A DNA stretch of 54,865 bases, the filler included, from Jimgerdemannia flammicorona (Eukaryota): assembly GCA_003990765.1 (NCBI GenBank). It is 3 parts of 3 records of this genome, joined end to end, with 100 filler letters (N's around TTAATTAATTAA, not from the genome) between each part and the next. Parts side by side here need not be neighbours in the genome. Positions count along the whole stretch, not along the records: positions 36,645 to 54,865 come from RBNJ01002259.1; 2 more parts are not named here. One strand, 5' to 3'. A model generated the notes under the pieces. The model made no database searches. It saw only the letters and a list, made by a program, of their open reading frames with translations, and was not told the DNA's origin. The translations under genes and the position numbers were made by a program. Below are positions 37,595-49,140 of the stretch, in pieces. Position 1 is the first letter of the stretch; every line of letters starts with the position of its first letter.

Positions 37595-39068
37595 TGGCGG
37601 CGGAGTTACTCGGGCAAAGTTTTATGCAAAATGGCGGTATGGATAACGGTCTCGGCGGGAATATGACAATAGGAGTTGCTGGTGATGATGGGATGAGTGA
37701 GGAGGATATGGAGGAGGACGATCGCGGTATGGATATGAACGGGAACGGTGACATGAGCGGAGGCGACGGCGTGGGGTTGCAGGAAGAGGTGTTAGATAAT
37801 GACGGTGGCATCCTCGAAGAAGATGGAAATTATGCGCATTTCAGTAAGTATAATAAACTTTCGATTGTTACTCCTCTGGTTATTGGTGGAGCGATTTTAT
37901 ATTTTATTTTATTTTTTTAAACAAAAAAACAAAAACAAAAAACAAAAAACAAAAAACAAAAACAAAAACAAAAACAACCCCCCCCCCCCCCGAGCTGATC
38001 CCGGCTACCTGATGTTGAGTAAAGAAGGAAACCTTGACGAGCTTTGAGCAGTTGATACAGACGTCGGGAAATTCCTTTCGTGGGGCCAGTTGTTCTTACC
38101 TGTCAGCCTGGAAAAAGAGATGTGATGACCACAAAGAGCAAAGAGGAGCGAGCGAGCAAGGAGGAGGATTGACGACACCAACCACCCCGACCCTATGCAC
38201 TCATGACACATATAGGCTGGAACTATTGCAGGATGCAATCGTAAATGGGCTCCACATTTGAGGAAAAGATAAACTGTCTTTCCGTGGCTTCTTGGCACAA
38301 TGGCTTCGAGGTGCACCTATATATATTTAGCATGATGGCATATCCGCTGACTAAATACCGTCTCTTTCCATTTTTTATTTTATTTATTTTATTTTATTGT
38401 GGAACAATATCCACTCCTACCGTCATTGTCAGGCGGCCGAAAACGAAAGAGAATCCTTACATACGTGACGTCGAACGCGAAACGGCGGCAAAAATATTTT
38501 GACATGTCAAAATCATTATTGCAAAAGGTTGGTGCGTCAAGATTATCTAACTGCGCCCCATATCCTGGGCGCCGATCATGTGCGCTCAGGATCGTTAGAG
38601 CATAGCTATATTCGGTTATTCTCACGTGTGCGATCCCTGACACGTTTCCTTTTTCCCACGGTCCCGCCCCGCATCGCCAACTATGTCCACCACCTCGTGC
38701 CGGAACCTCAGGCGGAGGACATTGCGACCACAACAGGCGCCCTCGTGCTCCTCTACCTGGCGCGGCCCGAGACGGACCCACAGATGGTGCAGACGAACGG
38801 GGTCAAGCACTTCGCCACGCCCGTGCTGCAGCGTCACCACGCCCAGTTCCAGATCGCCGATCAAGCCGCCAATGCGCTCATCAATACGCACAAGGAGGAG
38901 CTCGGCCGCGAGCAGGTCACGTCACAGCTCGAGGAGACGAAGCGCGAACTGGAAAGGTGTCGCGAGCGTGTCCGCACGCTCGAAAGGGAGGCGACAATAC
39001 TACGCGGCATGGGCCAGATGCCGGTGATTGGACCGCCAGGAGGTGGGGGTGGAGTGGGAGGACCGTAA
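37009..39068 (+). CDS. Divergent SRF/Mcm1-type MADS-box protein with N-terminal CxxC...HxC motif and polyQ tract (~430 aa)
   Basis: Predicted exons 37009-37843, (possible 24-nt exon 37995-38018), 38433-38527 and 38712-39068 with GT..AG introns in matching phase. Spliced text GRKRKRILTYVTSNAKRRQKYFDMSKSLLQKAEDIATTTGALVLLYLARPE...VKHFATPVLQ follows the SRF MADS pattern (KAYELSxLTGxxVLL...FAT). Confidence 0.75.
37483..37593 (+). repeat. CAG microsatellite encoding polyglutamine
   Basis: About 20 pure CAG units, a short interruption, then about 10 more, in frame in exon 1. Confidence 0.97.
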
Positions 39069-40205
39069 GATGGTAGGGAGGACGGGGAGGGGAGCCGGTC
39101 CAGGCTGCGATTGCTGTCATTAATATTCCCTTTGGGCGATATCTTTGATAAAGGGTACCGCAGCAGCAGGGACCGTGTTTTTATTGGTGCGAGTCGGCGA
39201 TGTGATAACTCGGATGCAGCAAGGCAGGGACAAAAACGGTATGGGGCATGAGCGCTCGTGGACAATCATTTTCGATGTACGTGCGCGGCCTTAGATCGAT
39301 ACTGTGGCGAAAAGCGAAAAACGCAATTGATCTTTCTTCTCGATCATCCACAACGAAGTTTTTATGAAGGTGGTCTTGAAATCAACGTTGGGATTCCCCG
39401 AAAGATTTCTTTTGTACATACATGTCATTCATATCATATACCGCTTTTTTTTTTTTTTTTTTTCTCTCTCCATTCAATATTCCCCTTCTTTAGTCTGCTT
39501 GTTCGTGTCAGATCTGTGTTGATTGCTGTGAGCCACACGTGTTCTTTCCTTACTTCTACGAATTTTGGTCAATTTACCGCGTTCACGTTTGAAATACAAT
39601 GTACGGGCGATATCGTTCACAATTTGGATGAAAGTACGTCGTTATGAAAATTCATCGATACGATCGAGTTCAAAACCCACATCACAGGTATTAACTATAC
39701 TGTTATCTTGGCAGGATTTTGACGGCTCGTGGTACCACAATCAAGGGATCTATGACCATGCGCTGGGTGATGAAATCGGGCATGTAAGGAGCGAGGGGAA
39801 TCGCGGAGGAAACGTGGATGCTGTCAACACGAGCTCATTAGGAGAGAGATGTATTAGCATACTTTTTTGACTCATCTTTCAGTCCTCGAGGTTTTCGACT
39901 ACACGCTATGTATCTTCAGCATCCAATATACCAAAAATGGCTCCACGCGCCAAGCTAACAATCCCCTTTCCGCTCACCTTTTGACAAACCAAATGGACCT
40001 CCGATCCTGGCTGGTTTATAAAAACTCGTGTTTATTTTACAGTGACTAGGCCCATGCACAAATCCACAATAGTTTACTATGACACATCAAAACCGAGATT
40101 TCCTTGTACCACAGAGCCAATCCTCTCCGACGTTCTCAGTCTTGCGCCACCCCCTCCCCTACCTCCTACCCCCTTCCCATTTTCGCACTCCGCACTCCGC
40201 CCTCC

Positions 40206-41010
40206 TTACGTCAATCTTAGCCTGAACCCGTACGACTCGGCAGTCTGGTGCTGGTCAAAGATGGTCCCCTGAAACGTCTGGTCCTCCTCGTCCAGCCCTT
40301 CAAGGGCATGTGACGCCTGCGGCGCAGAGGGGCTGACGTACGTTCGTTTCCTATGCAATTGCGATTGGGAAGACGTATAATCATGAGATGGGAATGGAGA
40401 ATGTCCATGTGCATATTAGGATAATATGTGAATAGAGCACAATTTGAGAATCCTTACTTCTCGCCAGATCCTTTCGACGGCCATGTCGGAAACATGGACG
40501 GATCCTTTGGAGGCGGGCTCTCGCTAAAAATTACAAGGAGGAGGGCAATTAACTCAATGCATCGTTAGCATACGCCTGCAAAAAATGTTGAGTAAATTCA
40601 ACAATAAACCGACCAAACCAATTACTCACATAAAATATGGATGCTTGAGCGCCTCCTCTGCAGATATGCGCCGGGCCGGGTCGTATGTCAGCAGCCGCGA
40701 GAGCAGGTCTAGCCCGCTTTCGGTGAGGTACGGGAAACGGCTACGGAGGTTGTTGTACCTGAATCGATGGGATTGAAGAAGATGTTCACAGTGAGGTGAG
40801 ATGTGGTATTAGCAACGGGAACAAAAGCGAGAAAAGGGATAGACGGAACGATGGGAAAGACAAAGCCAACCCAAAAGCTTACGGCTGGCTCGAAAAGGTC
40901 AGGTTTGCAGTATGAGGGAGCTTTGAGAAGCCAGGCCAGATTTTCTCGTTGGGCATGCCCAATAGTTTGAATATCTGTCCAGCAGAAGAGAGTACCAAGG
41001 ATATATGAGC

Positions 41011-41044
<34 letters not shown>

Positions 41045-42327
41045 CTACTCTCAACGACTCCAGGCGCTCCTTTTTAGTCGAAACTCGAGACTCACCTTGT
41101 CCAATTGATCGAGTTCGCTTCGCCCCGGAAGCAGCGGCTCCTTGTTGACGAGTTCGCCAAAGATGCACCCAATGGACCACATGTCCACGGCGGTGGAGTA
41201 TTCCTTGGCCCCGAATAGGAGTTCGGGTGCCCTGTGGAAGTATCGAAAAGGAGAGATGGGAGATTTGAAAACGACAGACGGAAATCATCTTGTCACATAT
41301 AGTGACTGGCTTCTCGTGCTAGAATGCCCGCACATTCACCCTCTCGATACCCAAAGGAAACCAATTCCCAATGTACCTGTACCACAGGGTGACGACCAGC
41401 TGAGTCATGGACCCCAGCGGGCTGCCGTACTTCCTGGCCAGGCCAAAGTCGGCGACCTTAATCTCGCCGCGGTTGTTGAGCAGCAGGTTGGAGGTCTTGA
41501 GATCGCGGTGGATCATCCAGTTGTCGTGCAGCAGGGCCACGGCGGAAAGCAGCTGAAGCATAATGGTCTTGACCTCGGACTGGAGGAAGGGCGTACGCAT
41601 GCCCTCCATGAGGGATTTGAGGTCATGCTCGATGAAGTCCATAACGATAAAGATCCTGAAGGGTTGGTTAGGCGATAAGGATTAGGAATTGTGAAAGGGT
41701 ACGATCGCGGGTCATCCGGAAGGCAAAAATGGAAGGAGGTTGAAGAGATAGTACGTACTGATCGAGCTTGTCGCCCACTACGATTTCACGCACATTGACA
41801 ATATTGGGATGCTTGGCCAACATGAGAGTATGCACCTCCCGCAAGCTCGTGATGGGGAACCCGTTCTTCTCCTTCTCAAGCTTGAGCTTCTTGAGCGCGA
41901 CGATCTCGCCCGTAGCGCGGTCGCGTGCGCGAAATACCACGCCGTATGCGCCTTCCTCAATGCGATTCAACTTCTCGTAGTTATCCACGTGACGGCACCC
42001 AGAGAGAGTGGGTGCTTGGGGCGGAGGGGGGGCACGGAGAATGCGGCGCACGGGCGAGGATGGGACGGGGGTGCCGGTCTCTGAGGGTGGTAGGTGCGAA
42101 GTGGGCGTCGGGGCGTCGGGGGTGTTGGTGTCAGGTACGGGGGAGGACGAGCGAGACAGGACGTTATGAATGGAAGGGGAGGAGTGTGGGTCGGGGTCAG
42201 GGTCGGGGTCGGGGTCGGGGTCGTCTGGGAGAAGCAGCTTTGGTCTCTTTGGAGGGTTTCTAGGTGTGTTTTCATTGTCGCTGTTGTCTGATTCCCACTT
42301 TGACTTCTTCATTGCAGGGATGCACAT
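40206..42327 (-). CDS. CDK11: Cyclin-dependent kinase of the CDK11/PITSLRE (Ppk23-like) family, 7 exons
   Basis: Exons 42327-41759, 41655-41377, 41231-41096, 40974-40883, 40758-40630, 40523-40458 and 40350-40206, all GT..AG and in phase; motifs [50 protein letters not shown]. Confidence 0.95.
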
Positions 42328-42468
42328 TGACTGCTAATGTGGCGGTGTATATATATTCCCCTCCGTGATGACATCATTACATCTCATGAGCCTTTTTCAA
42401 ACCACTGACGTCACGTGGATGATAATCTCTTTTGTGTGGGCTCCCTCTCCTCCACCACGAGACACGCC
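42328..42468. promoter_or_regulatory. Very short shared (bidirectional) promoter between CDK11 and ARG7
   Basis: 141 bp between divergent start codons; contains ATGACATCAT (42368-42377) and overlapping TGACGTCA (42406-42413) and CACGTG (42412-42417). Confidence 0.6.
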
Positions 42469-43916
42469 ATGTTGTCTGCCATTTCAAAACCAATGTCGAC
42501 CGCCGTTCGTATTGGTGCCCAATTCTACTCTACTTCCACAAAGTACGCCCACCTTTCCGCCCGCAAGCAATCCCTTATCCCCACAGCAGGAACATACCCA
42601 TCCGGCTTCCGCGCTACTGGCATCCATTGCGGAGTCAAGAAGAAAGCGGGAGTTAAAGATCTGGCCCTTATTGTCTCCGAATACCCTTGTACTGCCGCTG
42701 CCGTCTTCACCACCAACGTCTTCAAAGCTGCTCCTGTCATTGTATCCCGTGAAATCCTCGACAAGAACCGTGGTCAAGGTATCTACGGCGTTGTCACCAA
42801 TTCCGGGTGTGCCAACGCTGTCACTGGTACCGTGGGCCTCGAAAATGCCCGTCGCATGTCCCAAACCGTCGATACCCTCACCGGCCAGCCCAATTCCTCT
42901 GTGGTCATGTCCACAGGTGTGATAGGCCAGCACTTGCCCATCGCCAAGATCGAGAAGGGCGTCCAAGACGCAGCTGCCAGCCTCGCGTCTGACCACGATG
43001 CCTGGTCCCGCGCCGCAGAGGCCTTCATGACCACCGATACGTTTCCCAAACTGTGTTCCGCAACCTTCACTCTTCCCTCCGGCACGTCCTTCCGCATGGC
43101 CGGTATTACTAAGGGCGCTGGCATGATCCATCCCAACATGGCTACGCTCCTAGGCTTCATCGTCACGGACGCACGGATCGATGCCACATTGTTGAACAAG
43201 GCGCTCAAGCATGCGGTCGATCGGAGCTTCAACGCGATCAGCGTGGACGGGGACATGAGCACGAATGACACAATCGCCGTGTTGGCGAATGGCGCGGCTG
43301 TGACGGATGGGAAAGGAATCGTGAATGAGCAGAGTGAGGATTTCAAGAGTTTTCGCGATCGGTTGGCAGATTTTGCAGCGAATTTAGCGCAATTGGTGGT
43401 GAGAGATGGCGAGGGCGCGACGAAGTTTGTCACCGTAAATGTGCAAGGAGCCAACACTTTTGAAGAAGCGAAACAAGTCGCTTCTACCATCGCAACTTCC
43501 TCACTTGTCAAGACGGCCCTGTACGGTCAAGACGCCAACTGGGGTCGGGTATGTGATATTACTCTATGCACATTTCGCATTTTCATTCTCCCCGGCATGG
43601 ATCCTCAGCTTCTCTACCTCAAACCTTACTTTTTCCATTCTCACAGATCCTCTGTGCTGTCGGCTACTCGGGCGTCTCCAGCATCGATCCCACGCGCGTG
43701 AGCGTCTCTTTTGTCCCGACCGATGGCTCTACCTCGCTACCATTGCTGGTCAAAGGGGAGCCGGAGAACGTCGACGAGGCGCGGGCAAGCGAAATCTTGA
43801 AGATGGAGGATCTCGAAATCCGCGTGGAGTTAGGGCTAGGCAAGGAGGAGGCTAAAATGTGGACGTGTGATTTGAGTCACGAATATATTTCCATCAACGC
43901 AGATTACAGGTCGTAA
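42469..43916 (+). CDS. ARG7: Mitochondrial ornithine acetyltransferase (ArgJ family), 449 aa
   Basis: Exons 42469-43548 and 43647-43916; motifs [35 protein letters not shown] (autocleavage), [23 protein letters not shown]-terminus resembles a mitochondrial presequence. Confidence 0.96.
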
Positions 43917-44828
43917 GTTATCACATCGGATTGTAGAATGAGATCGGATCTTTGAGATTGTAAAGTACGGATTCAAGATGCCATTAAACATGGACAACAA
44001 AAAACAAACAAACCTTCTTCATTTTTTGATTTTTGAGAAAAGAACCGAATTTTAGTATGCGAAACGCTTGACCTAGCAAACAGTATGAACAAAACCAAGT
44101 ATCCATAAATTTCACGGAGTAGATCGGATAGAAATTGTATAAATCTCCTCTATTTGGGCAGACCTTGCAGATGCAACCATAAGTTGGACTGCTTGCTAGC
44201 GGTGGGAGATATTTTCAGACGCGAAAAAAATTGAAAGGTGATTCAATGTTGACGTGCCAGGAGCACTTTGCTGAGAAGGACCTATTCAAGTCAGACAAGA
44301 GATATAGAATGTTTGAAGTGCGGATCAGCAAAGGTAAGGAAATCGACATTTCCTAACCGTGGAGCATCCCCTTCCTTGGGACCCAACCCTGGCTCGCGTG
44401 GACGTACTTCCTTCGTGCACATGCCGGGCCCATCCTTGACGCAGCTGTTAGTGCTGCTTTCTCCACTGCCCCGATCACCACAGACGTACCATTTAGACTG
44501 TGCAAATAGAACGTTCACAGAATGAAAATAAAATAAAAATGTAATCACTTTGTGGTTGTCCCAAATCCGTAAACAGCTTCTCCAGTTTTGCGAGCTTTTT
44601 TTATTTTCAACTTCCACAAGTAGATGTTGGGAAAGATGAAATAGAACTTTCATCCATATGAGATGATGCAATCGTATTGGAGAAGTACAAAATATGTTGC
44701 CTTCCGCAGGCGTTTGTTGGCAATGCAAGTTAAACGAAAAACACAGTGCATGAGTTGTGGTCAACAGAGTACAGAGACTCTAGAGGCCTTCCTGATTGTC
44801 AACTATGGCAATGGCTTGGGCTTCCATC

Positions 44829-45114
44829 TACAAGAAATGGTTCAACTATCCTGAATGCCACTCGGAGGTGTCCGACCACCTGCACAAAACGGCGGAGATG
44901 GTCTTCGCTTATAAAATGTGCAAAAAGATCTTCCGCAAAGCTCTATTGCCACGCAGCGTTCCAATCGAAGTATACATCCATCTCACCTCTTACGTATCCA
45001 TTTCCGTCGGGTTACTAAGGAAGACGAATACTGTCCGCATTGCGACAACAAGTATACGTCGTAGACGCCAAGGTACCCGTGCTCGGCATCCGAGGATCCA
45101 CGTGTGGATTCAAG
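44829..45114 (+). pseudogene. Probable pseudogene of a small fungal CHY zinc-finger protein
   Basis: Pieces across frames: YKKWFNYPECHSEVSDHLHKTAEMVFAYKMCKKIFRK / EDEYCPHCDNK / YVVDAKVPVLGI / EDPRVDS; several expected Cys read as Tyr and frameshifts are needed. Confidence 0.55.
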
Positions 45115-45744
45115 GTAATATTCGACAGCCTTTCGGGATGGAACATGGCCAGGAAAATCGTCTATGTAGAAATAGCCGCCAAAATATTCATTCAAGTGGT
45201 GTGCAGGTGTCCTGGGCTAGGTTTCATGGCAGCGAGTTGATCAGAGTGGGCAAACGTTGTTGTCAATATCAATTATTCGCGCTCTCCGATCCTTGATCTA
45301 TCGTGACCTCCATCTTTGGCATCGATGGTAACCAGACATATATATGGACGCCAAGTCGGCTGAGTCCGGTGATTTCACTTCTGAAAGAGGTATATACGAG
45401 TTTCTTGCCCATACTCATTATCATGGTGACATTATCATGGTGAAATATATTAATAATTCGAAATTACCCTACAAAATAATAGGCACAAGAGCTTGCTGTT
45501 GTAATTCTGACAAAATACTTTTGTGTGGAAATGCAAAAACTTCATTACGAGGGCGTGGGACGGTTTTGTTTATATCTCAACGAAATGACGTCCAATATTG
45601 ATTTTTGTAGACTTTTTAGAAAGCCCTAAATCGTGGCTTTCCAACAGGCCTAAGTACGTCAAAATCAGACATCATTTAGCCGAGATATAATGTAATTAAG
45701 GGTATTATGAAACATAATATGGGCCGGTCGATTTTGACAATACC

Positions 45745-48700
45745 CATAATATCTCCTCACCCAGCACTGGCTGCCCAAGCTCCCCAGTCCTATAGCTGGA
45801 CTCGGGTGCCACTCCTCCAGATGCCACTCAATGTCTCTTGCATTCTCTCCTCCCTCCTCCTCACTTCAAAGATTACTCCACCTGGCACTCAATTGCCCCA
45901 GGATCTCCAGTACCCTAGTAACCATCACACCCCTCTCATCCAACACCTCCTCCCACTGGTGCCTTGCCCTTCTAGTATGAAGAAGTCTTAACAAGAACTT
46001 CATAGACTGCTCACCTTCCTCCAACCCCTGCCACCACAATCTTGCAGCCAATGCCTGTACCTCAATGGCCTCCTCTTTCCTCAATATGTCTTATAACTCA
46101 GCAATCTCCAGCTTTGCCTGCTGTACTCTCCAATCCACTACCCCCTCCTCTTCCAGTAACCCTGTCCATTCCAACAGCAGTCTTTCCAACCTCTGAGATA
46201 TCCATCTGATATACCTCCATCTCTTGGCACCCTGTCTCTTACTGGCCTCTCCCTAGAAGTACTGGGCCTCAGACTTCAACTTCTTCTACTGATCCTTTAT
46301 CTCAAGACCTGCCCTCCTCTAGGCACTAATGTAGGATATAATATGACTCTCCCAGGAATTCCACTGAGTGGTATCATCTAATAGAGAGGTATTAAGGTAC
46401 TAATGTCCAGACCCCTCACCACTATCTCCAAACCTCTCTACTACCTAGATACTCTAGTGGTCAGATCAGGGACACTATTCCACCTCTATAGACTTCCAGA
46501 CTGTAGTGCCCCAGTACTCTGCAGATAGAACTCAATCTATCCTAGACCCCAGACCTTGAGCCCAATGTGTGTACAGTCTGTAGGCACCATCCTGTAGCCT
46601 TACTGTGTCCATCAGAGATCCAAGTCACTCAATCTTCTCCCAGACCTCTATACTCCCACTTCTCCCAGTCATTTCTCTTTCCCTGTCAGTCTTGTCCAGC
46701 CAACTCTCTCTGACTATATTAAAGTTGCCACTTAGACAATCTACTCCTGTCTCCACCAGAGCACTGAAGTTCTATAATTTCTGAATTCAAGTCACTCTAA
46801 CATCCCTTTTAGCTGGGTAATAGCAAGACCCAACCACTAAAGCACCCCATCCAGGCCTCCTCTATGCACTCCAAACTAGTCTACTACCCTAATGTCCAAT
46901 ATCTACAATATCTCCTTTTCTCTTCCTAACTAACATCTCCACTTTTTCCCACCAAACCACCTCTCCCCCCCACTCTTTTGTCTAATCCAAACCATCAGCC
47001 TTGACCTTATACCTGACATCCTAAAGTAGAAATAGATCAGCCTCCTGCTTCCTAAGTCAGTAAAAAATCCTACATCATCTCTCTGCTTCTCAAAGCCCAT
47101 TGATATTCAAAGATAAAATTTTGGTTATACTGTTTATAATGAAAGATATATATAGGTAATATACAGACTCTACTCTATAACTCTATACTCACTTTCTTGC
47201 TAGCCAGATCCAGAATCCTCTCTACTGCCACCTCTGCATCTAATTCCTATTATTCATCTAGAGCTGCCAATATCTCTGCATAGTTCTCTCTATCCACTAT
47301 CTCTATTACCACACAATGCTCCTCACACACCACCTACCATTTTGCTTGACTATTTCTAGGCTTTCACAAATATACTACTCTTTCATTTGCAATATTCAGG
47401 AGAGTTACTTCTCTGGCCTTGGTCACCTCATACTCCTTCTCCTCTAATAGTACTGCCATTATCTCATCTTGTAGTTTCCTGACCACCTTCTCTCCCCACA
47501 ATACATGGTCCCAGAAGTCCTCACTGATCACTTGAAAGTCAATCTCTCCCAGTTTCTCTACTGCCACATTCTGCAGTACCTTCTATAGCCATTTCTCCCC
47601 CCCAACTACCTTCTCTACCTGTGCCAACATGGGCCCTCCACCTGTCCCCTTCTCAGTCCTGACTGACTCATCCCACCTATTCTTAGATATATCCTACAGC
47701 TCCTCCTCCCCAACCTCCAGAACTCTATACTGAACAGGTCTCATCTCTCTCATCTCCTCATCTATTACTCCCTCAGCTGGCCCAGATATCTGGACCTTCT
47801 CCATTCCTCCCCCCTATCAGCCATCATCTACCCAGATACTAGCTCTGGCCTCAGTCTCTACAGTTACCTCAGCTCTCTTTGGACCTCTCTCCAGACTTGC
47901 CAGTAAGTCTTTCTGCAGCCACCTCCCTTGTGCCCTCTCCCAGACAGCCCAATATAGCTATACCTTCTTGTCATTAACAATCTCTACAATAATCTCCATC
48001 TCATATTCCCACCAAGTCTTCTTATGTCTTGCCACCACCTCCTCTAGATTCTCTAATACTTCCAGCAGATCCTCCTCTTCTTCAGCCATACTCTTTACCC
48101 TGAACACCTTGCACTCCACCAGACCTCACTTTAAAACCACTGACCAATTCCTCCCCTTACCAATAGCCTCCATACTTACCAGTTGAACTCTCACATCCAC
48201 ATCATCTATCCTAAGCTCTATCCCCTCTCAGACTTAAAATCCAACATCCACAATCTCTCTATACCCTCTGATGATATTGCTAATCAACCTTCTGGCATCC
48301 TCCTTCTTGACTGTCAGCACAATCACCAGATAGACCACTTGCAGATCCCAATATATACATCTTACCATTGGTATTATCACCCCACCCACCACTAGTTCCT
48401 TCTCTACTGCCTTTAACATTAGATCTTCATCCTCAAATCTAACCTCCACAGCCTCCAACTTCTTCAGAAACTTCACTGATGCTATCTCCTTAACCTCCTT
48501 AGTCAACAGCCTCAGTACTATCTTTACCATTACTACTAGGCCCTGAAAGCACATTGTGACAGCAAATTCAGACCTTGACTTCTTAAGTAATAGTACTGTC
48601 ACCAGCCCTGTCACACCATCTGCTAAATCGCTAGGCCTCATATCAATCCCACTACCTGGTCTACCATCAGCAGTCCTATCTTAATTTTTTTCCATCTCCA

Positions 48701-49140
48701 CCATTACACCACTATCAGCAGTTATCTGCTCAGCTACCACTCTCTCTACCTCACTATACTGACCTCTTGGAGAGGCTCCCCCCCCTCCCCAGTTATTGCA
48801 GACCTCTTCCCCAGCTTTCCCAGCTCCAATTAGCTATTCAGCTCAGTCACTTGCTTCCCTATCCTGATCTTATCCACAAAGGTCATCCTTCCGACTCTCT
48901 GTCAATCTGCTCCACCTCTTCCACTACTACCAGCCCCTTGACCCTATACAGAAGCACTCAGCAACCCCAATCCAGCACCTCCACCCCTCTCTATATGTTG
49001 CCAATTGAAGGCACTAGGGCCCCCCTATCCAGTATACTTACCAGTTTATTCATTGCTCACCATATAGTTATTACCTTTTTATGGAAAACATTGTCAGAAG
49101 TGTTGTAAAGCTTGTGTAATGTGAATAGTAGCCGAGAAAG
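45745..49140 (-). mobile_element. LINE copy 3 (5' end, ORF1, endonuclease; RT and 3' end missing), diverged subfamily
   Basis: Fragments 48234-48641, 47364-47567 and 45866-46084 are homologous to copy 1 ORF1/ORF2; shared 5'-terminal sequence. Left boundary approximate. Confidence 0.85.

Noticed and set aside
39565..39870. Possible small spliced gene between the MADS gene and CDK11
   Set aside because: Some splice-like signals, but no recognisable product or coherent model.
42484..43511. Minus-strand ORFs of 215 and 242 aa overlapping ARG7, and the upstream ARG7 start at 42415
   Set aside because: Antisense shadows of a GC-rich gene; 42415 is a non-ATG start, while ATG 42469 gives a presequence-like N-terminus.
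37009..43916. Functional cluster of a MADS factor (Arg80/Mcm1-like) with ARG7
   Set aside because: Only proximity supports it; the MADS protein is too divergent to assign and an unrelated kinase lies between them.
44291..44764. 157-aa minus-strand ORF
   Set aside because: Non-ATG start and no recognisable motifs; cannot be supported.
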